Assembly (NCBI GenBank): GCA_947650155.1
Contig: CANSUS010000006.1
Coordinates: 15,558-79,557, forward strand
Direction: 5' to 3'
DNA from: an uncultured Lachnospiraceae bacterium
GTDB lineage: Bacteria > Bacillota > Clostridia > Lachnospirales > Lachnospiraceae
Length of the DNA stretch: 64,000 nt
Part shown: one piece after another, positions 35,959 through 45,304 of the stretch
Layout of the letters: every line of letters begins with the position of its first letter
Position numbering within the stretch: position 1 is the stretch's first letter
Translations under genes and position numbers: made by a program
The notes under the pieces: generated by a model
What the model saw: only the letters and a program-made list of their open reading frames with translations
Told to the model about the DNA's origin: nothing
Database searches by the model: none

Positions 35959-37209
35959 TTATTGATTAAATTCACAAATATATCCGACTTTTCCCTTATA
36001 AGAAGGCGCGGCAGCTAAAATATCGTCCGGCACGTCATTCAGGTAATAACTTTTATCGGAGTTCCGGTAAAAGAGAACGACATATTCTTCTTTTACTTCG
36101 ACGCCATCCTCACGCAGACCTCTATAACTCGGTTCTCCTTCCAGCCAGAACTGGAACAGGGCATTATAGAGAGCAAGCATAGGATAACCGCCTTCAATGC
36201 CGGGTTCCAGCCAGCTGATATCTTTTGCGCCTACAAAGAAAGTAATATTGTTTTTTTCCTCTGCGGCAATCTGTTCTGTGATCCGGTCCCATTCCTCGAA
36301 AGAAGTGATGGTTGCCAGATAGCCTCCTTTTTTCCGGCAGGCGGCGTCTGCTTCAGACCAGGTAAGGTCTTCTATCACCAGTTCATAACGGTGCCCGGCA
36401 GAGGTAACGTCTCCTGTTTTTAAAACAGAGAGAATTTCATCGCAGATATAATATTTTTCCGGTTCTACAGCCTGCTCAAGGGGATAGGCAGCAGTTAATT
36501 TTTCTTTGTACTCTGCTTCGTTTACCGTTTCGCCGTTCCAGGCATATATATAAATGGGATTACCCTCTTCGTCTAATGTAGTGCCGTTTTCTCCATCCTG
36601 ATAAGTTCCGCCGCAAAGATAATCCCATTTTCCGTCTTTGATGGTGTAGACATCATCATAATAATAACCCATCTTGCCTTCCTGATTACAGAGAAGACTG
36701 CCTTTTTCAATATAATTAAAATAAAGACGCGATGTCTGTAAAACGTCCAGTCTGTTAGAATGCCATGTCAAAAGCATACATCCGCCGGCTTCGTAGCCTG
36801 AATCAATTACCAGCTCCGGTATGTCGTCTTCATCTACATAGATCAGGCTGTAAGTACAGGCATCTTTACTCTCCAGTGCATTAATATAGTCCATATAAGC
36901 ACGCTGCCAGGCTTCCACATCCGGTATGTCATTGGAAACAGGCTCTTCGGGTGAAACAGGAAGGGGTTCGGTACTTTCTGCTTCCGGGGTTTCGGCAGGG
37001 GGAATGGTTTGAGTTTCCGATTCCTGAATTGCAGTTATGGTTTCAGGGATTGTCCATTCATTTATTGACGCACTTTCTGTTTCCGGCAAAGCATCTGCCT
37101 GAGGCGCAGTACCCGTCTTGCTGCAGGATGACAGGCAGCATAGTATTAAAGTGCATAATGGCGGGACAAATAACTTTTTAATGGTTATCAGGTAATTTTT
37201 TCGTGACAT
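35959..37209 (-). CDS. Lipoprotein with a C-terminal C-type lectin-like domain
   Basis: Lipobox LSSCSK. The C-terminus has TWSEADAACRKKGGYLATITSFEEWDRI...WLEGEPS...GYICEF, a CTLD pattern. Confidence 0.65.
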   Translation of the reverse strand: MSRKNYLITIKKLFVPPLCTLILCCLSSCSKTGTAPQADALPETESASINEWTIPETITAIQESETQTIPPAETPEAESTEPLPVSPEEPVSNDIPDVEAWQRAYMDYINALESKDACTYSLIYVDEDDIPELVIDSGYEAGGCMLLTWHSNRLDVLQTSRLYFNYIEKGSLLCNQEGKMGYYYDDVYTIKDGKWDYLCGGTYQDGENGTTLDEEGNPIYIYAWNGETVNEAEYKEKLTAAYPLEQAVEPEKYYICDEILSVLKTGDVTSAGHRYELVIEDLTWSEADAACRKKGGYLATITSFEEWDRITEQIAAEEKNNITFFVGAKDISWLEPGIEGGYPMLALYNALFQFWLEGEPSYRGLREDGVEVKEEYVVLFYRNSDKSYYLNDVPDDILAAAPSYKGKVGYICEFNQ

Positions 37210-37242
37210 TTTCGACCTCATTTCCAATTTACCGGAGAAATG

Positions 37243-37683
37243 TTATTTCATGTAAAGATCTGCAATCTGTGCAGAATGTTCAGGATAATTTTCTTTCAAA
37301 TACATTAAATATTGCAATGCGCTTCCTTCGTATACATGCGTATCTCCGAATAAATCAACTTCATAACAATTGCGGATTACATTTATAATACAGTTTTCTG
37401 TGTGATCTTCTTTACAGTCTTTACATTCTTTTAGAATATGTGCAATTGCAGTTTCCAGTTCCAATTCATCAAATGGTTTGAGATCCATTGTCGGAACATG
37501 TGCCGTGCCTTCCGGGACTTCTTTTTTAGGTTCTTTTTGATAATCTTTGATACATTGTTTGGCATAGCCTATCGTGCAGCTTTTTCCCTGACACTGGCTG
37601 CAGGAAATTCCGTCTAAGCAGCAGTTTTCCAAATCGCTCCAAACTAAATCAGCATCTAATCCTTTCTTATGTACTTCTCCCAT
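37243..37683 (-). CDS. Cysteine-rich hypothetical protein
   Basis: Start behind SD GAGGAGGA. Cys clusters are CCLDGISCSQCQGKSC and CKDCKEDHTENC. I recognise no family. Confidence 0.55.
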   Translation of the reverse strand: MGEVHKKGLDADLVWSDLENCCLDGISCSQCQGKSCTIGYAKQCIKDYQKEPKKEVPEGTAHVPTMDLKPFDELELETAIAHILKECKDCKEDHTENCIINVIRNCYEVDLFGDTHVYEGSALQYLMYLKENYPEHSAQIADLYMK

Positions 37684-37885
37684 ATATGTCCTCCTCTTCT
37701 TTTTATGTATGAAAAAGTATAAGCATATGGACAAATTATATCATAGGAAAGCGGGGAAAGGAATAGTAAAGGAAACATATAGACGGGTTTTTCGGGCAAG
37801 ATTTCTTATGGTAACGTATTGACGCGGCAAAATGACAGGACTATAATTTAGTCGTTAATAAAAATACCTTGGAGGGGAAAATGAG

Positions 37886-38836
37886 ATGAAAGTATTAGAA
37901 AAAATCAGTGATTTTTTTGGAAAGTTTATGGCGTTTATTGTGCTTGCAGTCGCGGCACTGGCACTGTTTGTGCCTGTTTCCTGTACATGGATTCAGACAG
38001 GCTGGGTAAATTACCTGCTGATGATTGTTATGTTCGGAATGGGTCTTACTTTAAAACTGGAAGATTTTAAACTTGTTTTTACAAGACCGAAAGATATATG
38101 TGTGGGCTGTATTGCCCAGTTTACCATTATGCCGCTTTTAGCATTTGGTCTGGGAAAAGTATTTGGTCTTGACGCTGCATTACTGGCAGGCGTGATATTG
38201 GTAGGAACCTGTCCGGGCGGAACATCCAGCAACGTGATTACCTATATGTCAAAAGGCGATGTAGCTTTGTCAGTGGGAATGACGAGCGTTAATACTCTTT
38301 TAGCGCCGCTTCTTACTCCGGCAATTACCTGGCTTTTACTCAGAACAACGGTAAATGTAGATCCGGTCAGTATGTTTATGTCCATTATTAAGGTTGTCAT
38401 TATTCCGATTGCGCTCGGATTTATCATTAACAAACTTTTTGGTCAGGTTACACAGAAGTTAGTAACGGTTCTTCCGACGGTTTCCGTTATTGCGATCTGT
38501 CTGATTGTTGCATCCGTAGTATCCCATAATTCAGAGAAGATTTTTTCTACAGGAATTGTGGTATTTGCGGTCGTAATCCTGCATAATCTGCTTGGATATG
38601 CGTGCGGATTCGGTTTAGGGAAACTGTTGAAGCTGAATGCGTCCAAGACAAAAGCGTTATCGGTTGAGATTGGAATGCAGAATTCCGGACTGGCTACAAG
38701 CCTTGCCGGCACAGCGTTCCCGGATCTTGCAATGGCAACAGTTCCCGGTGCGATTTTTTCGGTATGGCATAATATATCAGGTGCAGTTTTAGCAAATATT
38801 TATAATAGATGGAGTGATGATTCGGAAGAGAAATAA
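37886..38836 (+). CDS. Bile acid:sodium symporter (BASS/SBF) family transporter
   Basis: GTCPGGTSSNVITYMSKGDVALSV and MQNSGLA blocks. Promoter TTGACG-N17-TATAAT lies upstream. Confidence 0.8.
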   Translation: MKVLEKISDFFGKFMAFIVLAVAALALFVPVSCTWIQTGWVNYLLMIVMFGMGLTLKLEDFKLVFTRPKDICVGCIAQFTIMPLLAFGLGKVFGLDAALLAGVILVGTCPGGTSSNVITYMSKGDVALSVGMTSVNTLLAPLLTPAITWLLLRTTVNVDPVSMFMSIIKVVIIPIALGFIINKLFGQVTQKLVTVLPTVSVIAICLIVASVVSHNSEKIFSTGIVVFAVVILHNLLGYACGFGLGKLLKLNASKTKALSVEIGMQNSGLATSLAGTAFPDLAMATVPGAIFSVWHNISGAVLANIYNRWSDDSEEK

Positions 38837-38881
38837 TGCAGCAGACAGATCTAAAGATAGGCAGAAAGATACTTATTTGCA

Positions 38882-38923
38882 AAAGGACATCAGGGCAGAT
38901 TGGCTGTCTGGATGTCCTTTTTA
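38882..38923 (+). terminator. Intrinsic terminator
   Basis: AAAGGACATC...GATGTCCTTTTT. Confidence 0.7.
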
Positions 38924-39134
38924 TATATAAATTGTGGGAGTGAAGGAAACTCCATTTAATTTAAGAACAACTGTTATAGAATTAAAAGAAAGCAAACATG
39001 AGTTTTTGATATCAATTTTTCCGAAAACTTCATACTTATTTGATTATTAAAATGTTATAATACTAATATTATTACTTACTACTTTAATCGATGTTAGAGA
39101 AAGTGCAATAACAAGAGTACAAGGGGATGCAAAA

Positions 39135-40694
39135 ATGAAAAATTATAATTTAAAAGCATTAGTATCATTATGTTTGAGTATATGTGTAATAGGGAATCCA
39201 TTGTTAGCGAATGCACAGGAATTGAATTGTGATATGACTGAACAAATAGAAAAAAATGAATATTTCATTCAGGACAGCGTTCCAATGTATGAGGACATAT
39301 CAGAAGAGATAAATGTTGAAGAATATACATTTAATAATATGGAAAGAGAATATACTGAAGAAATTGGAATGGTGACGGAGCTGCCGAGTCAGACAGATGG
39401 AATAAGCACTTTTTCAACAGGAGACAGTCAGGAGAATACAGACCCCAATTATGCATATTTGATTGTACATGAAGACATAAAACAGGGGATATTGACTAAG
39501 ACGAGCGAGATGCGGTGGTATGGATGTATACTTGAACAGACCAGTAAAGTATCTATGATGATGCAATCTGTACCAGAGGTGGATGTAGATATTTATGTAT
39601 TTCAATTGGATCAAAGTACAAATGAACTTAATTTGATTGGAGGCACAGCTACATCAGGAGCTGGAGTATCTGAATATTATAGTGAGATTCTTAATCCAGG
39701 TATTTATTATTTTGCTATTAGTGCCTATGAGGGAAATGGTCAATATGCACTTGCATTTTATGCAACACAGGATTTGGTTAATGAGGTAAATGATGGCATT
39801 GATGTTGCTACGGTAATCTGCGATGGAGATGCAATTGAGGGAATTATTGATAACCCGTTTGACAATGATTATTATACATTTACTTTAACATCGGCTATGC
39901 TTGTAAATATTACAACAGACCTTGGAGATTATAAAGCAACTTTCATAAAGTCGGACAGCTCCCAGCATATATATAAACTTTCCAATAAAGACGAGGTTTA
40001 TCAGCTTAGTGCAGGGACATATTATCTCAATATTAATAGTAAAGATGGAACATATAATACAAGTCAAGCGTATAATATATCATTTAGCAATATTGCTAAT
40101 ATCGCTGATGATTCAAGAGCAACATATTTTACAGTAAATGAGCCTGCACACATAGTTTTTCAGTCAGATCAAAATGGCATGAATATGTATGTGAATGGAA
40201 ACAAAATAGACGTAAGTTACAAATATTATCTAGATTCCTCTAATTCTGCCGGAACGCAAGTTTATGATATAGTGTTGGAAAATAGTGAATATTTACGTGC
40301 CAAAATATATGAGAACCAATTTTTATTTGAAGATTGGGAGACTACGGTACGAGTCGGTATGATAATGCCAGATACAGTATATTATCATGGTGGAAGTAAG
40401 GGAACGAATTTTATTGGTGATGTATTGGAACTGTCTATATATTCAGATTCGGCATTTTATAAGATACATTGTGTATGTAGTGGCGCATATGCGGCAAATC
40501 GTATGTATGATGACAGGGCTTATGTTACGGTTCTTATTGATCCAAATACAGGAAAATTGGTTGATATTGAAAAATTTAATTATTTTTATGATTATGCAAC
40601 AGGTTCTAATAGTATGACGTATACCAGACCGAATAGTTATGCTACGAAATATTATTATCCATATGCTAACGGTAAAGAGCCGACGGAATGGTAA
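39135..40694 (+). CDS. Secreted protein with two pre-peptidase C-terminal (PPC)-like domains and an unknown C-terminal domain
   Basis: Signal peptide ...LLANAQE. It has two units of the D..Y/W-Y-x-F ... G-x-YY-(F/L) PPC pattern (MRWYGCIL...GIYYFAIS and NDYYTFTL...GTYYLNIN). The codon usage is AT-rich. Confidence 0.55.
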   Translation: MKNYNLKALVSLCLSICVIGNPLLANAQELNCDMTEQIEKNEYFIQDSVPMYEDISEEINVEEYTFNNMEREYTEEIGMVTELPSQTDGISTFSTGDSQENTDPNYAYLIVHEDIKQGILTKTSEMRWYGCILEQTSKVSMMMQSVPEVDVDIYVFQLDQSTNELNLIGGTATSGAGVSEYYSEILNPGIYYFAISAYEGNGQYALAFYATQDLVNEVNDGIDVATVICDGDAIEGIIDNPFDNDYYTFTLTSAMLVNITTDLGDYKATFIKSDSSQHIYKLSNKDEVYQLSAGTYYLNINSKDGTYNTSQAYNISFSNIANIADDSRATYFTVNEPAHIVFQSDQNGMNMYVNGNKIDVSYKYYLDSSNSAGTQVYDIVLENSEYLRAKIYENQFLFEDWETTVRVGMIMPDTVYYHGGSKGTNFIGDVLELSIYSDSAFYKIHCVCSGAYAANRMYDDRAYVTVLIDPNTGKLVDIEKFNYFYDYATGSNSMTYTRPNSYATKYYYPYANGKEPTEW

Positions 40695-40761
40695 ATTTAT
40701 TTAGTTAAGGTGATATGTATTCAAATTGTAAGCATGGTAAAACATGCAGATAGGAGCGTGT

Positions 40762-41607
40762 ATGGAAATTCAAAAATTAGGATGGAGAGATATAAACATA
40801 TTTGATATGGTTAAAAATTCTGTATCACAAAGGAAGGACGAGGCAATAAACTCACATATGTCTTTTGAAGATCAGCCCGCTGTTGATGTTTTTATCTCGG
40901 AGGAAGGATATGGGGCGCTTAGGGACAAACTGAAACAGTCAGGATTGGAAAGTAAGACGGATTGGCAGAATAACATTGAGACATTAATAGAACAGGCTAA
41001 AGTGGAGGACGGCTCCAAAGAATTGCAGGTTATTTGGGATCTTTGTAATGAAATAGGAAAAGCTGCAAGTTCAGAAAATTGCGGAAAAAGTACAAGGGGA
41101 GAATTACCGGATTTAATGGAATCCGCCATGAGTGCATATGAAAAGCTTTATAACGGATTGATTGAAAAGCATAAGAATGGTGACAGATGGCTTGAGTATG
41201 GCGGTATCACAAAATGTATGACGTTAGAAGCAGATTTGGATGCGCTTGATGAAGCTTATAAATTATATACGGGACGAATAGAGGCAGTAGCCAGAATCCA
41301 GCAGACGAATAAACATTTTGAGCAAGAGTATTATAGAAGCCAATATTCGGGTCAGCGGATCAGAAAACATAGTTTATCGGAAATTCAGACACCGGGTAAT
41401 TCTCAATTTCAGGATAACGGTTATCATTATTTGGATGAAGATTACATAAACACTATTTCTTCTATCATGGAAGAAGGAAGAAGGAAATTCCTGGGTTTGC
41501 TTAAAACGCCTCAATATAAGCAGGGAATGTCTGCAGGAATTGTGTCTGGCCTGATAAATGGAAATAAGGATTTTTTGGAAAAAACAAAAAAATTATTTTC
41601 TAAGTAA
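40762..41607 (+). CDS. Hypothetical protein
   Basis: ATG behind SD TAGGAG. I recognise no family. The AT-rich context is shared with the upstream gene. Confidence 0.5.
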   Translation: MEIQKLGWRDINIFDMVKNSVSQRKDEAINSHMSFEDQPAVDVFISEEGYGALRDKLKQSGLESKTDWQNNIETLIEQAKVEDGSKELQVIWDLCNEIGKAASSENCGKSTRGELPDLMESAMSAYEKLYNGLIEKHKNGDRWLEYGGITKCMTLEADLDALDEAYKLYTGRIEAVARIQQTNKHFEQEYYRSQYSGQRIRKHSLSEIQTPGNSQFQDNGYHYLDEDYINTISSIMEEGRRKFLGLLKTPQYKQGMSAGIVSGLINGNKDFLEKTKKLFSK

Positions 41608-41663
41608 AATCAGCATTGTATATATTATGAATGAAACATATGTTTATAAATGGCTTTCCTGAG

Positions 41664-41714
41664 AAAAAAGATTATTGTACCTGTCGACATAACGGCGATA
41701 CAATAATCTTTTTT
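41664..41714. terminator. Bidirectional intrinsic terminator
   Basis: 16-bp stem AAAAAAGATTATTGTA / TACAATAATCTTTTTT between convergent genes. Confidence 0.8.
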
Positions 41715-41717
41715 ATG

Positions 41718-42452
41718 TTATACCAGTTCTTTATTTTTAAAATAAGTATCAGAAATAACTTTTTGAACATAAGCGCCTACAAATTTTTTGTCTTCTTTGT
41801 TCAGTTCGCTTATATAAATCGGCTTTCCGTATTCAATGACAACATGCGCTTTTTTGATTTTCGGGAAATGGTCTTCCCAAATGGCGGAGGTGTTGTTTAA
41901 ACAGATCGGTACAATAGGGCATCCTGATTTCTGTGCAATTTTAAAGCTGCCCTCGTGGAAAGGGAGAAAAGTATCTACAGGTTTTTTACGGCTGCCTTCA
42001 GGAAAGATACAAATGGATATACCGGATTTTACTTTTTCAATTCCTTCTAAAATAGTCTGTAATCCCTTTTTCAGATCATCCCTGTCTAAGAAAAGACAGT
42101 GCAGGTTTTTCATCCATTGACTAAGGAGAGGAACTTTTAATATTTCCGCCTTAGATACATATCCGGTTGGTCTTGGGACTCTCACATAGGTGAGTACGAT
42201 GTCAAAATAGCTGCTGTGGTTTGCCACATAAAGGACGGCGGTATCTTTTGGAACATTTTCCTCTCCGATTACGGTTATCTTCACGCCTGACAAGAACAGC
42301 ACGCAGCGGAATGCCCAGTTTACAATGGCAAGGGAACTACGGCTCTTGGCATCCATGTTTATTTTTCCAATGATCCATTCAATGAAAAAAATGGGAATGG
42401 AACAAATGAGAAATAAAACGACAAACAGAACGACTAAAATAAAACGTATCAT
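41718..42452 (-). CDS. plsC: 1-acyl-sn-glycerol-3-phosphate acyltransferase
   Basis: NHSSYFD (HX4D) and FPEGSR motifs, with an N-terminal TM helix. Confidence 0.85.
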   Translation of the reverse strand: MIRFILVVLFVVLFLICSIPIFFIEWIIGKINMDAKSRSSLAIVNWAFRCVLFLSGVKITVIGEENVPKDTAVLYVANHSSYFDIVLTYVRVPRPTGYVSKAEILKVPLLSQWMKNLHCLFLDRDDLKKGLQTILEGIEKVKSGISICIFPEGSRKKPVDTFLPFHEGSFKIAQKSGCPIVPICLNNTSAIWEDHFPKIKKAHVVIEYGKPIYISELNKEDKKFVGAYVQKVISDTYFKNKELV

Positions 42453-42636
42453 AATGAATTTCCTTTTCCGTGAGCCTGAGTGGTAAAGAGGCTTTTGTAT
42501 GTTTTCTTAAATTTATTATAGCGGACGGGGGTAGGGAGCGCAACCTAATATTACAAAGTGTTCATTTTAGTTTTGACTTGCCATGTACAATTTGATAAAA
42601 TTTAAGGCAAAACGAGGAAGCAGGCGGGGCAGGATT

Positions 42637-44145
42637 ATGTTATTTAATTCCTATATATTTATTTTTTTATTTTTACCGATTACGCTAGTCGGATGGTTTT
42701 TACTGAACCGCATAGAGAAATATAAAGCGGCGCAGGCATTTCTGTTTGTTATGTCGCTTTGGTTTTATGCATATTTTGATATAAGTTACCTTTCTATTAT
42801 TCTTGTAAGCTGTCTGATCAATTATTTATTCAGTTTTCTTTTGACCAGATTGGAGGGCGCAGCGGTAAAGAAGGGTATGATGATAGTAGGCTGTGTGGTC
42901 AATCTGGGAATTCTGGGATATTTTAAATATTATGATTTCTTTTTGGAGAATCTGAACGCTTTGTTTTCTGCGGACTTTTCACTGAAACATATTTTACTGC
43001 CGCTTGGGATCAGTTTTTTTACGTTTCAGCAGCTTTCTTTTGTGATTGACAGATGTAAGGGAAAAGCGCCTCACTATGAGTTGCTCGACTATTTGAATTT
43101 TGTTACTTTTTTTCCGCAGCTTATCGCAGGACCGATTGTATTGCACAGCGAATTGATTCCACAGTTTCAGGACAGGAAGAAAAGAAAATTTAACGCAGGG
43201 AGTTTCGCACAGGGAACAGCCTTTTTTGTAATCGGTATGGGAAAAAAGGTACTGCTTGCGGATACTTTGGCGAAAGCAGTGAATTATGGGTTTGGAGAGA
43301 TTGCAGGATTGGATTCTCTTTCGGCAGCTTTCACAGCGCTTGCCTTTACGTTGGAATTATATTTTGACTTCAGCGGATATTGCGATATGGCGGTAGGAAT
43401 CGGAAAGATGTTTCAAATGGAGATTCCTGATAATTTTAATTCTCCATATAAATCAACGTCAGTGAAGGAATTTTGGCGGCGCTGGCATATGACATTGGGA
43501 AGATTTTTTACAACTTATGTTTATATACCGCTTGGAGGAAGCCGTAAAGGGAAACTCCGCACAGTGATAAACACTATGGCGGTGTTTTTGCTTAGCGGTT
43601 TGTGGCATGGGGCGAATTGGACATTTGTATTTTGGGGATTTCTGCATGGCGTCGGGGTATCGATAAACAGTTTGTTTTTGGGTACGAAGAAAAAAAAGAA
43701 TCTGAATGAAACGGAAAATCAGAGCAAAGCAGGTTTGATCGGGAGGCATATGGCACAATTTGTTACTTTTATATATGTCTGTCTGGCATTTGTATTTTTC
43801 AGAAGCGATTCGATGGCAGATGGTTTTCTGTTTTTCAGAAGGCTGTTTTCCTTTGAGTATAACGGCAGTATTTTTGCAATAGCGGACGCGGTGTCTGTAT
43901 CTGAAATTTATATTATTACAAAAGCGCTTTCCATGAAAGCGCCGCAGCTTCTCGGCATGGTGAATATGGTGGTGATTTCGTTTGTTATATTGGTCAGCAT
44001 ATTTGTGCTGTGCAAAAAAACGACAAGAGAAATAGTACAAAACAATTCCTGGAGTAATGGATTTGCGTTACGGATGGCAGTGTTGTTTGTCTGGTCGGTG
44101 TTGTCGCTTTCAGGAGTCAGTACCTTTTTGTACTTTAATTTTTAA
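42637..44145 (+). CDS. MBOAT family O-acyltransferase (AlgI/DltB-like)
   Basis: The MLFNSYIFIFLFLP N-terminus, FWRRWHMTL and LSGLWHGANW blocks are typical of MBOAT. Confidence 0.85.
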   Translation: MLFNSYIFIFLFLPITLVGWFLLNRIEKYKAAQAFLFVMSLWFYAYFDISYLSIILVSCLINYLFSFLLTRLEGAAVKKGMMIVGCVVNLGILGYFKYYDFFLENLNALFSADFSLKHILLPLGISFFTFQQLSFVIDRCKGKAPHYELLDYLNFVTFFPQLIAGPIVLHSELIPQFQDRKKRKFNAGSFAQGTAFFVIGMGKKVLLADTLAKAVNYGFGEIAGLDSLSAAFTALAFTLELYFDFSGYCDMAVGIGKMFQMEIPDNFNSPYKSTSVKEFWRRWHMTLGRFFTTYVYIPLGGSRKGKLRTVINTMAVFLLSGLWHGANWTFVFWGFLHGVGVSINSLFLGTKKKKNLNETENQSKAGLIGRHMAQFVTFIYVCLAFVFFRSDSMADGFLFFRRLFSFEYNGSIFAIADAVSVSEIYIITKALSMKAPQLLGMVNMVVISFVILVSIFVLCKKTTREIVQNNSWSNGFALRMAVLFVWSVLSLSGVSTFLYFNF

Positions 44146-44162
44146 AGGAGGAGTCAGAACAC

Positions 44163-45248
44163 ATGGAGGAAAAGGAACTGCTGCAAAAACAAAAAAGATT
44201 TATCAGAAATTTTGCCATACAGTCGGCAATGCTCCTGATTCTGGCGGGGGCGGCAGTCATTATTTTCGATCCGTTTTTTCATTTTCATAAACCGATCGGC
44301 AGCTTAAAGGCAGTTGTGACAAAAGCAGAATATCAGTGTATCGGCACAGTGCGTAATTTTGATTATGACAGTATCCTGCTCGGCTCTTCCGTTGCGGAAA
44401 ATTATAATAACAGGTGGTTTGACGAAGCATTTGGGACAACGACGATAAAAGGAATAAAAAGTTCCGCCGCAACAGTCGATTTGATCTATTACCTGAACGA
44501 GGCATTTGGGGCAAAGAAGGATACGGGTATCAAAGAAGTTTATTACAGTATGGATCTGTTTGCTTTAAGTGCGGATGCAGAAAGAGTATTTCCTGACGAT
44601 TCCCTGCCCTTGTATCTGTATAATGAAAATCCGATAGATGATGTAAACTATATTTGGAATAAGGATGTGATATTTGAGCATATTCCCTATTTGTTTGCAA
44701 TGACTTATCTGGATGATTATGATGAAGGCGCGTCTTATAACTGGGCTCAGTATAAAATTTTTTCAAAGGAAGAGACTTTAAGCCATTACAGCAGGCCGAA
44801 AGAAGTTTTGCCGATGCTTTCGGAGGAAGATTATAAGCAAAACATAGATGCCAATATTTCCCTGATAGAAGAGGTGGTAAAAGCACATCCCGAAACCACA
44901 TTCCGTTTTATATATCCGCCGTATTCCATGCTTTGGTGGGATGCCGCATACCGTAACGGGGAGACGGAGCAAAATCTGTATGCGGCGGAGCAGGCGGCGG
45001 AAAGACTGCTTACTTATGAAAATGCAGAATTGTATTATTTTCAAAATGATGAAAATTTGATTACGGATCTGGATCATTATATGGATACGGTGCATTTTTC
45101 AGATGAAATTAATTATTTTATTGTAGAGCAGATGAAAGAGGGGAATTATAAACTTACAGAGGAAAATTATGTGCGGGAGTTGGAAAAGATGGGTGAACTG
45201 GCGGAAAAGATAGAGACGGAGTATATAAGAAAATATTTTGAAGAATAA
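44163..45248 (+). CDS. Membrane-anchored accessory protein of the MBOAT acyltransferase (DltD/SGNH-like, tentative)
   Basis: It lies 17 nt after the MBOAT gene and has one N-terminal TM helix. LGSSVAEN and DTVHF could be SGNH-like Ser and Asp-x-x-His blocks. Confidence 0.5.
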   Translation: MEEKELLQKQKRFIRNFAIQSAMLLILAGAAVIIFDPFFHFHKPIGSLKAVVTKAEYQCIGTVRNFDYDSILLGSSVAENYNNRWFDEAFGTTTIKGIKSSAATVDLIYYLNEAFGAKKDTGIKEVYYSMDLFALSADAERVFPDDSLPLYLYNENPIDDVNYIWNKDVIFEHIPYLFAMTYLDDYDEGASYNWAQYKIFSKEETLSHYSRPKEVLPMLSEEDYKQNIDANISLIEEVVKAHPETTFRFIYPPYSMLWWDAAYRNGETEQNLYAAEQAAERLLTYENAELYYFQNDENLITDLDHYMDTVHFSDEINYFIVEQMKEGNYKLTEENYVRELEKMGELAEKIETEYIRKYFEE

Positions 45249-45304
45249 AACTAAAACTTTCAATTATTTTGAGTGCGCGCCTGAAGCGGCAGATGGGAGT
45301 AAAA

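Noticed and set aside
45291-45304. The identical 14-mer CAGATGGGAGTAAA (also at 49776-49789) as evidence of duplication on its own.
   Set aside because: Several chance 14-mer matches are expected in a 64-kb window. It is used only together with the collinear flanking blocks and hairpin covariation described in the leader-motif finding.
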